From: a virus | Lineage: Duplodnaviria; Caudoviricetes | Direction: 5' to 3' (one strand) | IMG/VR virus record: IMGVR_UViG_3300037245_001879 | Location: 1 to 62,902 of that record | DNA: 62,902 nt | Shown here: positions 39,163 through 48,195 of the stretch, in pieces | Numbering within the stretch: position 1 is the stretch's first letter | How the letters are laid out: every line of letters begins with the position of its first letter | Notes under the pieces: model-generated | What the model was told of the DNA's origin: nothing | The model's input: only the letters and a program-made list of their open reading frames with translations | The model's database searches: none | Made by a program: the position numbers and the translations under genes

Positions 39163-39435
39163 ATGTCAATAAGAATAAGGAAAGTAGATGGTAAAGTAGT
39201 AGCACTATGCGCTGCGAAAAGTGAACCAAAATCAGGTGATCTATATTTAGATGATAATGTGCATCATGCTCTTACTATTAAATTTGAAAAAGATTTTGGC
39301 AGTATGGGTTTCCTACGAGATGATTTTTTGAATAGAGCTACCGTCAAGGGAGCGAATGAATGCGATAGTGATAATGAAATACATGGTGTCGTATGTGCCT
39401 GTTGTGGAAAAAGTTCATGTGTTGGAGATTGTTGA
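39163..39435 (+). CDS. Hypothetical protein
   Basis: ORF track; Cys-rich tail after IHGVV. Confidence 0.55.
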   Translation: MSIRIRKVDGKVVALCAAKSEPKSGDLYLDDNVHHALTIKFEKDFGSMGFLRDDFLNRATVKGANECDSDNEIHGVVCACCGKSSCVGDC

Positions 39436-39510
39436 TTGCATTCATGTGTGAAACGCAATTCACTCCCAACAAGTAAATAAACGTACCTATACTTAGTAAT
39501 AATACAACAC

Positions 39511-39789
39511 ATGCAATTACATACTAAAAACTATTTCGAGTATTTTAAAATAGATTTTGATCCTAGTAATGGTTGGCACGATTACATAAGATGCGAAATG
39601 TGTCCAAGTGAAGCTGTAGACTTACATCACATAGAAAGGCGTATGAAAGGCGTTAAAAAGCTTGATGAGGTAGGTAATATTATTGCACTCTGTAGAAGTT
39701 GTCATGAAAAAGCACATAGTAATGTTTATGGGTATGATAAAATCTGCCTTAAAACAGCGCATGATAATTGCATTAGGTTAAGGAAATAA
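39511..39789 (+). CDS. Small HNH endonuclease
   Basis: CEMC...DLHHI...NIIALCRSCHEKAH. Confidence 0.85.
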   Translation: MQLHTKNYFEYFKIDFDPSNGWHDYIRCEMCPSEAVDLHHIERRMKGVKKLDEVGNIIALCRSCHEKAHSNVYGYDKICLKTAHDNCIRLRK

Positions 39790-39802
39790 AAATGAATAAC
39801 GC

Positions 39803-40537
39803 ATGGAAATAATTTACCACAATATCGACAATATGAAATTTATGAGGGGATTACCTGATAAATACTATGATTTAGCGATTGCTGATCCAGAACAAGGTAA
39901 AGAAATGCATGGCGGTAAGTATTATTCAACTAATGTTAAACAAAGTAATGGATCTAAAACAAAAGTTAAAGGTGTATATTATCCAAATCGTAATTGGGAT
40001 AATAAACCAGCAAGTGAGGAATATTTTAATGAGTTGTTTCGTGTCTCGAGACATCAAATTATTTGGGGATGCCAATATTACCATGCTAATTTCGGAAAAG
40101 GTAGACTAGTTTGGGATAAAGTAAATCAAGGTGCAAACCAATACGATTGTGAATTAGCATACACAAGTCTTACTGACAGGACTATTTTATTCCGTTATAT
40201 GTGGCGCGGAATGATGCAAGGTAAAAGCATGAAAGAAGGGCATATCCAACAAGGAAATAAGAAGCTAAATGAGAAAAAGATACACCCTACTCAAAAACCA
40301 ACAGCTTTATATAAATGGCAATTTAAAGAATTTAACATACCGAAAGATTGGAAAATATTTGACCCAAACTTAGGCAGTGGTAGTATCGGTATAGCATGTT
40401 TAGAAATGGGATACAATCTCGATGCTTGCGAAAAAGATAAAGAGCAATGTGAAATAGCCAAAAAATGGCTTAATGAACGCATACTTCAAGATAAATCAGA
40501 GCCAAGACTACAATTGTTTGGAAAAAATAAATATTAA
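39803..40537 (+). CDS. N6-adenine/N4-cytosine DNA methyltransferase (beta class) with atypical catalytic motif
   Basis: YDLAIADPEQG (DPPY position), HPTQKP, IFDPNLGSGS. Confidence 0.8.
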   Translation: MEIIYHNIDNMKFMRGLPDKYYDLAIADPEQGKEMHGGKYYSTNVKQSNGSKTKVKGVYYPNRNWDNKPASEEYFNELFRVSRHQIIWGCQYYHANFGKGRLVWDKVNQGANQYDCELAYTSLTDRTILFRYMWRGMMQGKSMKEGHIQQGNKKLNEKKIHPTQKPTALYKWQFKEFNIPKDWKIFDPNLGSGSIGIACLEMGYNLDACEKDKEQCEIAKKWLNERILQDKSEPRLQLFGKNKY

Positions 40538-40560
40538 TAGTATTTAAGCAATAAATACTA
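40538..40560. promoter_or_regulatory. Perfect 9-bp inverted repeat (candidate operator)
   Basis: TAGTATTTA-AGCAA-TAAATACTA upstream of a small RHH-like gene. Confidence 0.5.
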
Positions 40561-40605
40561 TGGTATGTAAGGAAACATTCACTACATTAGCGCAAAACAT
40601 TGATA

Positions 40606-40755
40606 ATGGCTAAAGAGATAGTAACTATTAGTATTTCAAAGAAGATAAAAAACAAAGGCCAAAGAGCCAGTGAAGATATGTTCGGTAGAGTTAATTTTTC
40701 GGGTTACATCCAGGTACTTATTGATCAAGATTGTAGGATAAGAGGTATTAAATGA
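40606..40755 (+). CDS. Small ribbon-helix-helix-like regulator (49 aa)
   Basis: MAKEIVTISISKKIKNKGQRASEDMFGRVNFSGYIQVLI: alternating beta strand followed by two helices with an NFS cap. Confidence 0.55.
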   Translation: MAKEIVTISISKKIKNKGQRASEDMFGRVNFSGYIQVLIDQDCRIRGIK

Positions 40756-40894
40756 ATGATCAAGCTAAATGCATGTTAAAATTAATTGGTGACAACCAAT
40801 TATTACGAGATGAAATACTAGAACAGTATAATAAAATTGATAGATTGAAAAATATTTTAGATAAAAATAAAATTAAATATTAGATTACAAATCT

Positions 40895-41215
40895 ATGGCA
40901 AAGAAACCTTCAATAAATAGGTTGCAAGCAAGGGAAGTTGAGAGAAAGATTCTTCCGGCTGTCAAACTATTAAGTTCATACATGCATAAAACGGCTCCTA
41001 ATGCTCCAATAAAAGACTTCCACGGTTATTGTGTTCCGGCAGGAAAGTTTAGTGATCATTCAGGAAGAACTTGGCAACTGCAGGTGAGAGCTGTATGCAC
41101 TAAAAAAGAATTTGTGAAGGATGAGCAGATCCATCCTATCATACGTAAAGGAGCCTGGCTATTTAAGTTAAGATTATTCAGTAAGGCATTCATTGATAAA
41201 ATATTCAACGACTAA
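40895..41215 (+). CDS. Hypothetical protein
   Basis: ORF track. Confidence 0.55.
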   Translation: MAKKPSINRLQAREVERKILPAVKLLSSYMHKTAPNAPIKDFHGYCVPAGKFSDHSGRTWQLQVRAVCTKKEFVKDEQIHPIIRKGAWLFKLRLFSKAFIDKIFND

Positions 41216-41228
41216 ATATAAAATAGAC

Positions 41229-41525
41229 ATGGATTTGTTAAAGAGTTTATTAAGTAATGCAAGTACAGAAGAATTAAGGGAAATTAAAAATATAATATCT
41301 TCAATTTTATCAAGAAGAGATCATAGAAGTCCTAGAATACGGATTGGTGATTTGTACATATCTACTCAATGTCGAAACTCCTTTATGTTAGCAGGATATG
41401 AATATCTTGATGAATTAGATAAATTACCTATAGAAAAGATTAAAACATTTAGAGGTATGGGATTAAAATCAATAGGAGAAATGATGGATGTCCTATCGAA
41501 GTGTGGGATGAAATTTACAAAATAA
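41229..41525 (+). CDS. RNA polymerase alpha-CTD-like protein
   Basis: IGDLYISTQCRNSF..AG...LDEL....I...RGMGLKSIGEM..VL...G matches the alpha-CTD HhH pattern. Confidence 0.75.
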   Translation: MDLLKSLLSNASTEELREIKNIISSILSRRDHRSPRIRIGDLYISTQCRNSFMLAGYEYLDELDKLPIEKIKTFRGMGLKSIGEMMDVLSKCGMKFTK

Positions 41526-41532
41526 TACACTA

Positions 41533-42228
41533 ATGAAATTATTCAAAAATAATATTATCCGTAATAGGAAAGTTACTAAAGCAAGATTTCTCTACCTCTA
41601 TGTGATTTTTGGTTCTATCACAGGCTTGGTGTATTTTGTGGCTTCGATATTCCAGGGATGGCCGAAGCATTTCGCGCTGTCCCCGGTTTATCTTTTAGCG
41701 TCATTCCTGGTACTTCATTTCCTGTATAAGAATTGGAAGCTTATTTGGTTTTACATTATTAATGTTGAGCGAGGTAAGCTTTTGTTATTCCTGAACAAAT
41801 CTACCCATTGGGAAGAAACCCATAAAATCAAAGTGGCTAATTGGGTATATCCAAGTGGCAATAAGTTGCGAAAGGAAATTCATGATCTTCTAGTTAAAAA
41901 AGCTATGGATGGAGATGAATTATCCAAAATAGAAAAGAGACTATTAAAACGTGAAGTAATTATTTGCCCTCAACAACTAAGAATAGGTTTTAACGAGGCA
42001 ATGCTCGTTAATGCATTAATATATGCTCATAGAAACATTAAACCATTAGATGCAGATATTAGAGATATTATGAACCTCACAGATGACCATATCCTTAAAT
42101 TCAACTTAATGCGAGAATACCATAAGGCTCGTGGTGATGAGTACGACAAATTTATTGAGATAGGTAAAAGGAAATCCGCAGAATTATCTGCTGAAGATAA
42201 GTGGCATAGTAGTAATAGATTTTCATAA
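41533..42228 (+). CDS. Membrane protein (two N-terminal TMs)
   Basis: Hydrophobic segments at about aa 20-40 and 48-66. Confidence 0.6.
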   Translation: MKLFKNNIIRNRKVTKARFLYLYVIFGSITGLVYFVASIFQGWPKHFALSPVYLLASFLVLHFLYKNWKLIWFYIINVERGKLLLFLNKSTHWEETHKIKVANWVYPSGNKLRKEIHDLLVKKAMDGDELSKIEKRLLKREVIICPQQLRIGFNEAMLVNALIYAHRNIKPLDADIRDIMNLTDDHILKFNLMREYHKARGDEYDKFIEIGKRKSAELSAEDKWHSSNRFS

Positions 42229-42251
42229 CTAACTAAAGAATTAAAATTATT

Positions 42252-42758
42252 ATGAAAAATTTAATGAGAGTATTATTTGGTTTTATTATTGGTGCGGTTG
42301 TTTTATTTCTTACGTATGAGGATAATTTAGAAGATATTATTAAAGTATCTACACATACGATTAATATAGACACTGTTTATAGCACATCGTTATTGAAAGT
42401 TGAAATAGATATTGATACAATAAGAACTTATTACAAGGATAAATTAGTAATAGTTACTGGTGTTAATAGTATATCAGCAGATTATAATGTGAAGAAGAGT
42501 GAGTGGATTGATTCAATACTTTTAACTAAACCAAATAGGTATTATTTAAATTATTCTCTTCAAATGTATATAGAATATGATGATTTTAAAATGTATGAGT
42601 ATTATCATTCACGTGACCATGTATTTATAGAAAACTATAAGGGTAAATGGGTTTTATATCATTCTGATAATTTAGGAAAACACAATAAAGTGTCAGAGCA
42701 AACACAAAAAAATATTGAAACTGTTGTCGATAGATATTGGCGTATTTTAACTAAATAA
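42252..42758 (+). CDS. N-terminally anchored exported protein
   Basis: N-terminal TM followed by DTV/DTI/DSI sequons. Confidence 0.55.
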   Translation: MKNLMRVLFGFIIGAVVLFLTYEDNLEDIIKVSTHTINIDTVYSTSLLKVEIDIDTIRTYYKDKLVIVTGVNSISADYNVKKSEWIDSILLTKPNRYYLNYSLQMYIEYDDFKMYEYYHSRDHVFIENYKGKWVLYHSDNLGKHNKVSEQTQKNIETVVDRYWRILTK

Positions 42759-42769
42759 AGATAATTGAT

Positions 42770-42997
42770 ATGTGGGAATTTATAGTAACATGGTTTATTA
42801 ATAATTTTCAGATAATAGGAATAGTTATATATTTTTTCTTTAATGTACTATCTATAGTACATATGGGAAAGAAAATTCACCTTCCAGGGAAAGTATTATT
42901 TTTTCTATTTGGATCAATAATAATAATATTCTTTGGTGCTGTAAGCATATTCACAATTAATAGAGGTGAGCCACCATATTGGAATTCTTACAATTAA
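42770..42997 (+). CDS. Small two-TM membrane protein
   Basis: Hydrophobicity. Confidence 0.55.
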   Translation: MWEFIVTWFINNFQIIGIVIYFFFNVLSIVHMGKKIHLPGKVLFFLFGSIIIIFFGAVSIFTINRGEPPYWNSYN

Positions 42998-43014
42998 TTA
43001 AATAAAACTAAGTA

Positions 43015-43491
43015 ATGGAACTATCAATTCAAATATGGTTGTGTGTGGGATTATTTATTTATTATTCAATATTCCAAATTGTAGATGATGTTATGCGGAT
43101 TAGTAAGAGAACTAACAACAGTAACAGAATCATCGAAAGTCTACGGACAGAGTACAAGGTTACAATCAGAACATTCCACGCAAGGCAACCTCAAGGTTTT
43201 GTATCATTCAGGGCAATATGGATTAACGAGGTTCTATTTAAAACAGAGAAACCATTATTATTTACATTCCACCACGAATATTATCATCTAAAATATAAAC
43301 ATAAATCGTGGTTATTATTCATGAGATTTATTATTTCCCTTACTCCATTAACTATTTATTTTGTAAATTGGGTAATATTCATAGGAATACTATTAACTGC
43401 AGCTTATTTAACAGAGAAGATTTCAAGTATATTTGAGAAGAAAGCTAACGCTCACGCTAGGAAAATGACTTCCAATGGCAGAAATGAATGA
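43015..43491 (+). CDS. Membrane Zn-metallopeptidase-like protein (M48-like)
   Basis: HHEYYH (HExxH), two TMs, then E..A..HA. Confidence 0.65.
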   Translation: MELSIQIWLCVGLFIYYSIFQIVDDVMRISKRTNNSNRIIESLRTEYKVTIRTFHARQPQGFVSFRAIWINEVLFKTEKPLLFTFHHEYYHLKYKHKSWLLFMRFIISLTPLTIYFVNWVIFIGILLTAAYLTEKISSIFEKKANAHARKMTSNGRNE

Positions 43492-43792
43492 GAGGCATAA
43501 AGTAATAATAGAGAAATTTCAAGAACTACTGAGATCCGGCAAAGATTACAGTGTAAAGTATATGTATGACGAAGCTGGAGCTATTGTTTATGTAAAAGGG
43601 GGTAGTGTACCTCAGATAATAAACAAACACTACCACCAGATTGTTAGTCCAGAGATGATAGGTTACATTCGCGCATTAAATTTATGTGGTGCAACAAGAA
43701 AAGAAGAAGTAATATTATTCTCAAAAAAATTCGAAGTATGTATACGTGAAAGCATTCTTTTAATTCGATACATAAGGAGAAGAAATGAGTAA
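43475..43792 (+). CDS. Hypothetical (HTH-like) protein
   Basis: ORF track; overlapping start/stop. Confidence 0.5.
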   Translation: MAEMNERHKVIIEKFQELLRSGKDYSVKYMYDEAGAIVYVKGGSVPQIINKHYHQIVSPEMIGYIRALNLCGATRKEEVILFSKKFEVCIRESILLIRYIRRRNE

Positions 43793-44315
43793 ATATATAG
43801 ATCTAGGTAAAAAACTAAAAGCACTTGCTGACAAAGGAATTGGAGGCGAAAAAGTAAACGCTCAAAAAATGCTTGAGGCTTTAATGAATAAGCACAATAT
43901 TACTATTGAGCAAATAGCCGAAGAAGAAGTAAATGAATATTACTTTAAAGTTTCTAAAAGTGAATTTAACCTATGGTATCAAATTGTGAGGCGGGTTAAT
44001 TATTCAATAATAATATATGGTAGCTTCCCACAAAAAATGATTAAACAATATGGATTTGCAGGTAATTATATGATTAAGGCAAATCCTTGTGAATACATAG
44101 AGATACAAGCCAAGCACGATTTTTATAAACGTCTTCTTGATAGTGAGTATGATTTGTTTTACACAGCGTTTTTAGGTGTTAATGACCTACTGGTATCTAA
44201 TCCCGACAAAGAAGATCAGGATTTGAGTGAAGAGGAAATGAAAAAGTTAATTAGAACAAAAAGAATGGAAGAAAGTATAAAGAAAGGGGAATTTTTAAAA
44301 ACCTTAGCTGAATAA
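43785..44315 (+). CDS. DUF2786-like N-terminal domain protein
   Basis: KLKALADKGIGGEKVNAQKMLEALMNKHNI. Confidence 0.6.
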   Translation: MSKYIDLGKKLKALADKGIGGEKVNAQKMLEALMNKHNITIEQIAEEEVNEYYFKVSKSEFNLWYQIVRRVNYSIIIYGSFPQKMIKQYGFAGNYMIKANPCEYIEIQAKHDFYKRLLDSEYDLFYTAFLGVNDLLVSNPDKEDQDLSEEEMKKLIRTKRMEESIKKGEFLKTLAE

Positions 44316-44318
44316 GAA

Positions 44319-44621
44319 ATGAATAAGCAAGAACAACTAAAAAACATCATGGATGCTATTGAAAAGTACCATGCTGGAAATGAAAAAACTATTGCTACAC
44401 TGTTTATAAGTGCCAACACACAAACACAGATGGCAATAACAGAATGCAAAGGTAGTGGTATTGTCCTTGCTCAAGCTTTCGGGAGCCAAATGCAAGCTAG
44501 TGAGACTTTCAATAGATTAATGAAGTCATTAATAGGAGCTTATTTATCTCAGCATCCGGAAGAGAAAAAAGAATTCATCAGAGGATTGGAGATTATTAGT
44601 GTTAACCCTAATATAAATTGA
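44319..44621 (+). CDS. Hypothetical protein
   Basis: ORF track. Confidence 0.55.
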   Translation: MNKQEQLKNIMDAIEKYHAGNEKTIATLFISANTQTQMAITECKGSGIVLAQAFGSQMQASETFNRLMKSLIGAYLSQHPEEKKEFIRGLEIISVNPNIN

Positions 44622-44622
44622 T

Positions 44623-44796
44623 ATGGGTGATTTAATAAGTGTAAAAGGGAAGGTAAAAACATTAACTACACCACGTTCTGGAAAAATGCCATACGTAAAC
44701 GAAACTCCTTTAATGGGAGAGATTGGTATTGATGAAGATGGTGATATATGTTGTTATTTCGGGGATGAAGCAGGATGGGAGAAAGAATCTAATTAA
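44623..44796 (+). CDS. 57-aa protein, paralog of 46630-46800
   Basis: Translated by eye: ..VNETPLMGEIGIDEDGDICCY..GW. Confidence 0.6.
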   Translation: MGDLISVKGKVKTLTTPRSGKMPYVNETPLMGEIGIDEDGDICCYFGDEAGWEKESN

Positions 44797-44830
44797 ATAT
44801 TGTATAAATTAGTAACTAAAAATTAATATT

Positions 44831-45001
44831 ATGGGATTATTTGGCGGACTTTTAAAAGTGACAGAAGGTTTAGTTAAAACAGGGATAGGAGTTGTTGCTG
44901 ATGTTTCTACTCTTGGGACTAATGCAATTGAAGATGAACCTTATACATCTAAAGGGTTAAGAAAGATTAAAGAAGGATTTGATGAGGCAATGGAAGATTA
45001 A
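44831..45001 (+). CDS. 56-aa amphipathic protein
   Basis: MGLFGGLLKVTEGLVKTGIGVVADVSTLG..., translated by eye. Confidence 0.5.
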   Translation: MGLFGGLLKVTEGLVKTGIGVVADVSTLGTNAIEDEPYTSKGLRKIKEGFDEAMED

Positions 45002-45002
45002 T

Positions 45003-45458
45003 ATGAAAAACATAGTAATAGTAGACATTGACGGCACAATATCCAAAGTAGGAGATAGATTAAAATATCTCCAACAGGAACCAAAGGATTGGGATTCTTT
45101 TTATGAGTCTTGTTTTGAGGATGAGCCTATTCACGATATGCTAAATTTAGTAAACACTCTAATGCTAGAATGTTATGATGTTTATTTTTGCACAGGAAGA
45201 AGAGAAAGTGTTAGAGATAAAACACATGATTGGTTTAATATTCAAACTTCATTAGAGTTTCGTATATCACCACACAAATTATTAATGCGTCCAGATAACG
45301 ATCATCGCCACGACACAGAGGTTAAACCTGAATTATTGGAGAAAGCAGGTATAAAGCTTGAAGATATTGTTTTCATCCTGGAAGATAGAAACAGCATGGT
45401 TAAAAAATGGCGTGAGCTTGGTGTAAAATGCCTTCAAGTAGCAGAGGGGGATTTCTAA
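45003..45458 (+). CDS. HAD-family phosphatase (T4 PNK 3'-phosphatase-like)
   Basis: IVDIDGT, CTGRRE, LLMRP.ND.R.D..VK, EDR..V..WR..G..CLQV. Confidence 0.88.
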   Translation: MKNIVIVDIDGTISKVGDRLKYLQQEPKDWDSFYESCFEDEPIHDMLNLVNTLMLECYDVYFCTGRRESVRDKTHDWFNIQTSLEFRISPHKLLMRPDNDHRHDTEVKPELLEKAGIKLEDIVFILEDRNSMVKKWRELGVKCLQVAEGDF

Positions 45459-45814
45459 TGGGAGTGAAATTAAATATTGGAGGAATTGTTTTAATAGCAA
45501 TTATGGCTATAGGAGTGTTAATATATTGGTATTATCAACACAAGAAGATCAATCTACTTAAACAAAAGATTGAGCAGGTAGAAATTAGTAGCGTAGTGCT
45601 TATATCAACCTTTATAAAAAGTAAAGATAAAAAAGAATATAAAATCTATCAAGGAAGGGATATTACTATCTGTGTATATGGTGTATTAGCTACTTGTACA
45701 ACATATGATGTTCCAGCCTCAAGGCTTTTTTGGGAAACAGAAAAGGTTTATATAGTAACATCAACAGGTAAAATAACAATCTATCAAGGTATATTAATAG
45801 AGGGGGATTTTTGA
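45458..45814 (+). CDS. Membrane-anchored hypothetical protein
   Basis: ATG 45458; N-terminal TM. Confidence 0.55.
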   Translation: MGVKLNIGGIVLIAIMAIGVLIYWYYQHKKINLLKQKIEQVEISSVVLISTFIKSKDKKEYKIYQGRDITICVYGVLATCTTYDVPASRLFWETEKVYIVTSTGKITIYQGILIEGDF

Positions 45815-45815
45815 T

Positions 45816-46130
45816 ATGAAAGACAGAGACAATTACGATTACTTAAGAGGGTTTGTTGATGGCGAAGGAAACGAGCTTGATGATTCATTACCTGTAGGTT
45901 TTAATAGTATACATGATGTTCGTAATCGTGCTCTTGAGTTAATACATGAATTTACCCACGGTAAGAAAGAATCTTCCGAGAGTAAACATTTAGAGAAGAC
46001 CACTATAGTTGATGTTAAAATAAAAGGAACAGCTGTACCACATATCCAAGTTTGCGTCTTAACATTAAGCGATGGTCAAGAAATAGATTTTGCATGTAGA
46101 TACCCTGAAAAAGAAAACGATGGCAAATAA
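45816..46130 (+). CDS. Hypothetical protein
   Basis: ORF track. Confidence 0.5.
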   Translation: MKDRDNYDYLRGFVDGEGNELDDSLPVGFNSIHDVRNRALELIHEFTHGKKESSESKHLEKTTIVDVKIKGTAVPHIQVCVLTLSDGQEIDFACRYPEKENDGK

Positions 46131-46479
46131 AAGGATAAGAAGAAAGAAGCGTAAGCAAAGCATTATTTCTTACGATACAAATAGCTTCCCTGTAGATATG
46201 ACGATAGAAGAGGTTCTTTATTTATCGAAAACTAAAGGTATTCTTTTGTATTCAATCATCAATGGAAGTCATAAACCGGAAATTATACCGAAATGTAATA
46301 CAAAGTATTTTAAAATGAAGGAGGTTTATCATTTCAAGCAAGTAGGTTTTATTTTTAAGGATGATTGGGATCGAGAGCAAAAGTTTCGTAAAGAAAAAAT
46401 AGATTTTTGCAATCCAGCATGGTTGGAAGAGTTTGTTTTAGTAAGGAATAAAGAGACTCACTTTACATTTAAGCGATGA
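46120..46479 (+). CDS. Hypothetical protein
   Basis: Likely start is MANKR at 46120. Confidence 0.5.
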   Translation: MANKRIRRKKRKQSIISYDTNSFPVDMTIEEVLYLSKTKGILLYSIINGSHKPEIIPKCNTKYFKMKEVYHFKQVGFIFKDDWDREQKFRKEKIDFCNPAWLEEFVLVRNKETHFTFKR

Positions 46480-46629
46480 TGGCAATTTATAAATTTACAT
46501 TAGAGGATGCAAAGGACTTTTTAAAAGAATATCATTCAAGCATGAGAGTTGAAGGTTTTATTTATGTGCCTCGTGATATGGAAGAAGCTAGTGATAAAAT
46601 CATACAACAAGAAATTAAAAATAGAAGTA

Positions 46630-46800
46630 ATGGCAAGTAATAAACTAACACCAAAAGGACAAATAAAAAGTGTTACAGTAGGTGGAAAACCTATGCGTGT
46701 AAACAAAACCCCACTCAGAGGTGAGATAGGTATAGATGAGGATGGAATTTGCTGGGTTTATAGTGAGGGGGAATGGGTAGGAGGTAAAAAAGATGAATAA
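46630..46800 (+). CDS. 56-aa protein, paralog of 44623-44796
   Basis: ..VNKTPLRGEIGIDEDGICWVY..EW. Confidence 0.6.
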   Translation: MASNKLTPKGQIKSVTVGGKPMRVNKTPLRGEIGIDEDGICWVYSEGEWVGGKKDE

Positions 46801-47350
46801 TAAACTAACAGCAAAGCAAGAGAAGTTCTGTCAATGTGTAGCAGAGGGAGATACTTATTCAGGTGCTTACAGGAAAGCTTATAATGTTGGTAAAAAAACC
46901 TCACAAAATACTGTTTATGTCAAGTCATCCGAATTAATGGATAACGGTAAGGTAACGGTAAGGGTTGATGAGCTTAAGAAAGATGCCATTAAAAGAAATG
47001 AAATTACAATCGATCAAGTGTTGCTTCAACTAAAGAATTGGCTCCTGTTTGACCCATTAGAACTAATCGATGAAGACACAGAAGCTGTAAAGAATCTGAA
47101 GGATATGAGTAAGGAAGCCAGGATGAGTTTGGCTGAGATAACTGTTTCTGAGATATGGGGTTCTGTTGAAAATCCTGATGGTAAAAGTGTCAAAACAAAA
47201 ATAGGTGAGCTTAAGAAGCTGAAATTCATCGATAAGAGAGCTACAGCAGAAATGTTCATGAAAAAGTTCGGCCAATATCTGGATAATAATGTAGATACAT
47301 CAAACCAATTAGATGCTATACGAGAGATCATAGAAGCTATAAAGAAATAA
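46793..47350 (+). CDS. terS: Terminase small subunit
   Basis: LTAKQEKFC......AYRKAY...SSELM..KV..RV.EL, and KLKFIDK..A.EM..K..G. Confidence 0.85.
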   Translation: MNNKLTAKQEKFCQCVAEGDTYSGAYRKAYNVGKKTSQNTVYVKSSELMDNGKVTVRVDELKKDAIKRNEITIDQVLLQLKNWLLFDPLELIDEDTEAVKNLKDMSKEARMSLAEITVSEIWGSVENPDGKSVKTKIGELKKLKFIDKRATAEMFMKKFGQYLDNNVDTSNQLDAIREIIEAIKK

Positions 47351-47366
47351 TCAAATACTTAAAGAC

Positions 47367-47609
47367 ATGGATTTTAAACAACTTAAAGACTTTTGTAACT
47401 CATTAGATGAGAAGCATCTTAAAAATAAAGTAATTTTATGGCGTGAAGAAGAGGTTGTAAAAGACATTGAAGCTATGCAGATTGAAGAAGATCACTACAT
47501 TGGGGAAGATGAGGAGGGCTGCTATCCAGAAAGTGAGGCAAAAGAACCTTTAGAGGACTTAAAGAAAGTATATAAAAAGGGAGATCCTATTTTGTGGGAA
47601 GAGTTTTAA
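47367..47609 (+). CDS. Hypothetical acidic protein
   Basis: ORF track. Confidence 0.55.
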   Translation: MDFKQLKDFCNSLDEKHLKNKVILWREEEVVKDIEAMQIEEDHYIGEDEEGCYPESEAKEPLEDLKKVYKKGDPILWEEF

Positions 47610-47661
47610 TTGCACATGAAATAATTATGCCTTGAGCGGCTTTGTAAAACTCATTATAATT

Positions 47662-47846
47662 ATGGCACCAACTATTGGAAGAATTGTAGTATATAAAACT
47701 ACCAGATAAATTACCAGCAATTGTAGTTGCTGTTTGGGGTAAAAACGAAGATTCAGCTATCAACGTAAATGTAATACTTGATGGGTCTGGAATGTTGTGG
47801 AAAACTAGTATAATGAAAGGTGATGAACCTGGTGACTGGCATTGGT
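47662..47846 (+). pseudogene. Frameshifted small phage gene (PTIGRIV...LPAIV...W.TS...G.W family)
   Basis: MAPTIGRIVVYKTTR* stops at 47707, but the sequence continues in the +1 frame from 47702 as PDKLPAIVVAVW...LWKTS..GDEPGDWHW. Confidence 0.6.
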
Positions 47847-48195
47847 CGGTAAAACTAATTGCCTTACAAGTGTTGCAAAAGATAACTTAATATTGCAGAT
47901 AAATCCAAGCAAAGAGAGTGGAGGAAATCAACCGTATCAACAAAACAGGATATATGATATAAATGGTCAAATGCCAGCTTTAAACGCTGAGCTAGGAGGT
48001 AGAAACAATATAACCGATGGATACAATCTAAGAAGATTAACCCCGACAGAGTGTGCAAGATTACAAACTATTCCCGAATGGTATGAATGGATTGTTTCAG
48101 ACACTCAAATTTACAGAATGCTTGGTAATGGGTGGACAGTCGAAGTTATAAAACATATATTTTATTTCATGGATCAATTCCACTTATCTCTCTGA
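47842..48195 (+). pseudogene. C-terminal fragment of a C5-cytosine DNA methyltransferase
   Basis: RRLTPTECARLQ and YRMLGNGWTVEVI (motifs IX/X) are present. Motifs I-VIII, including the catalytic PC, are absent and there is no ATG start. Confidence 0.8.
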
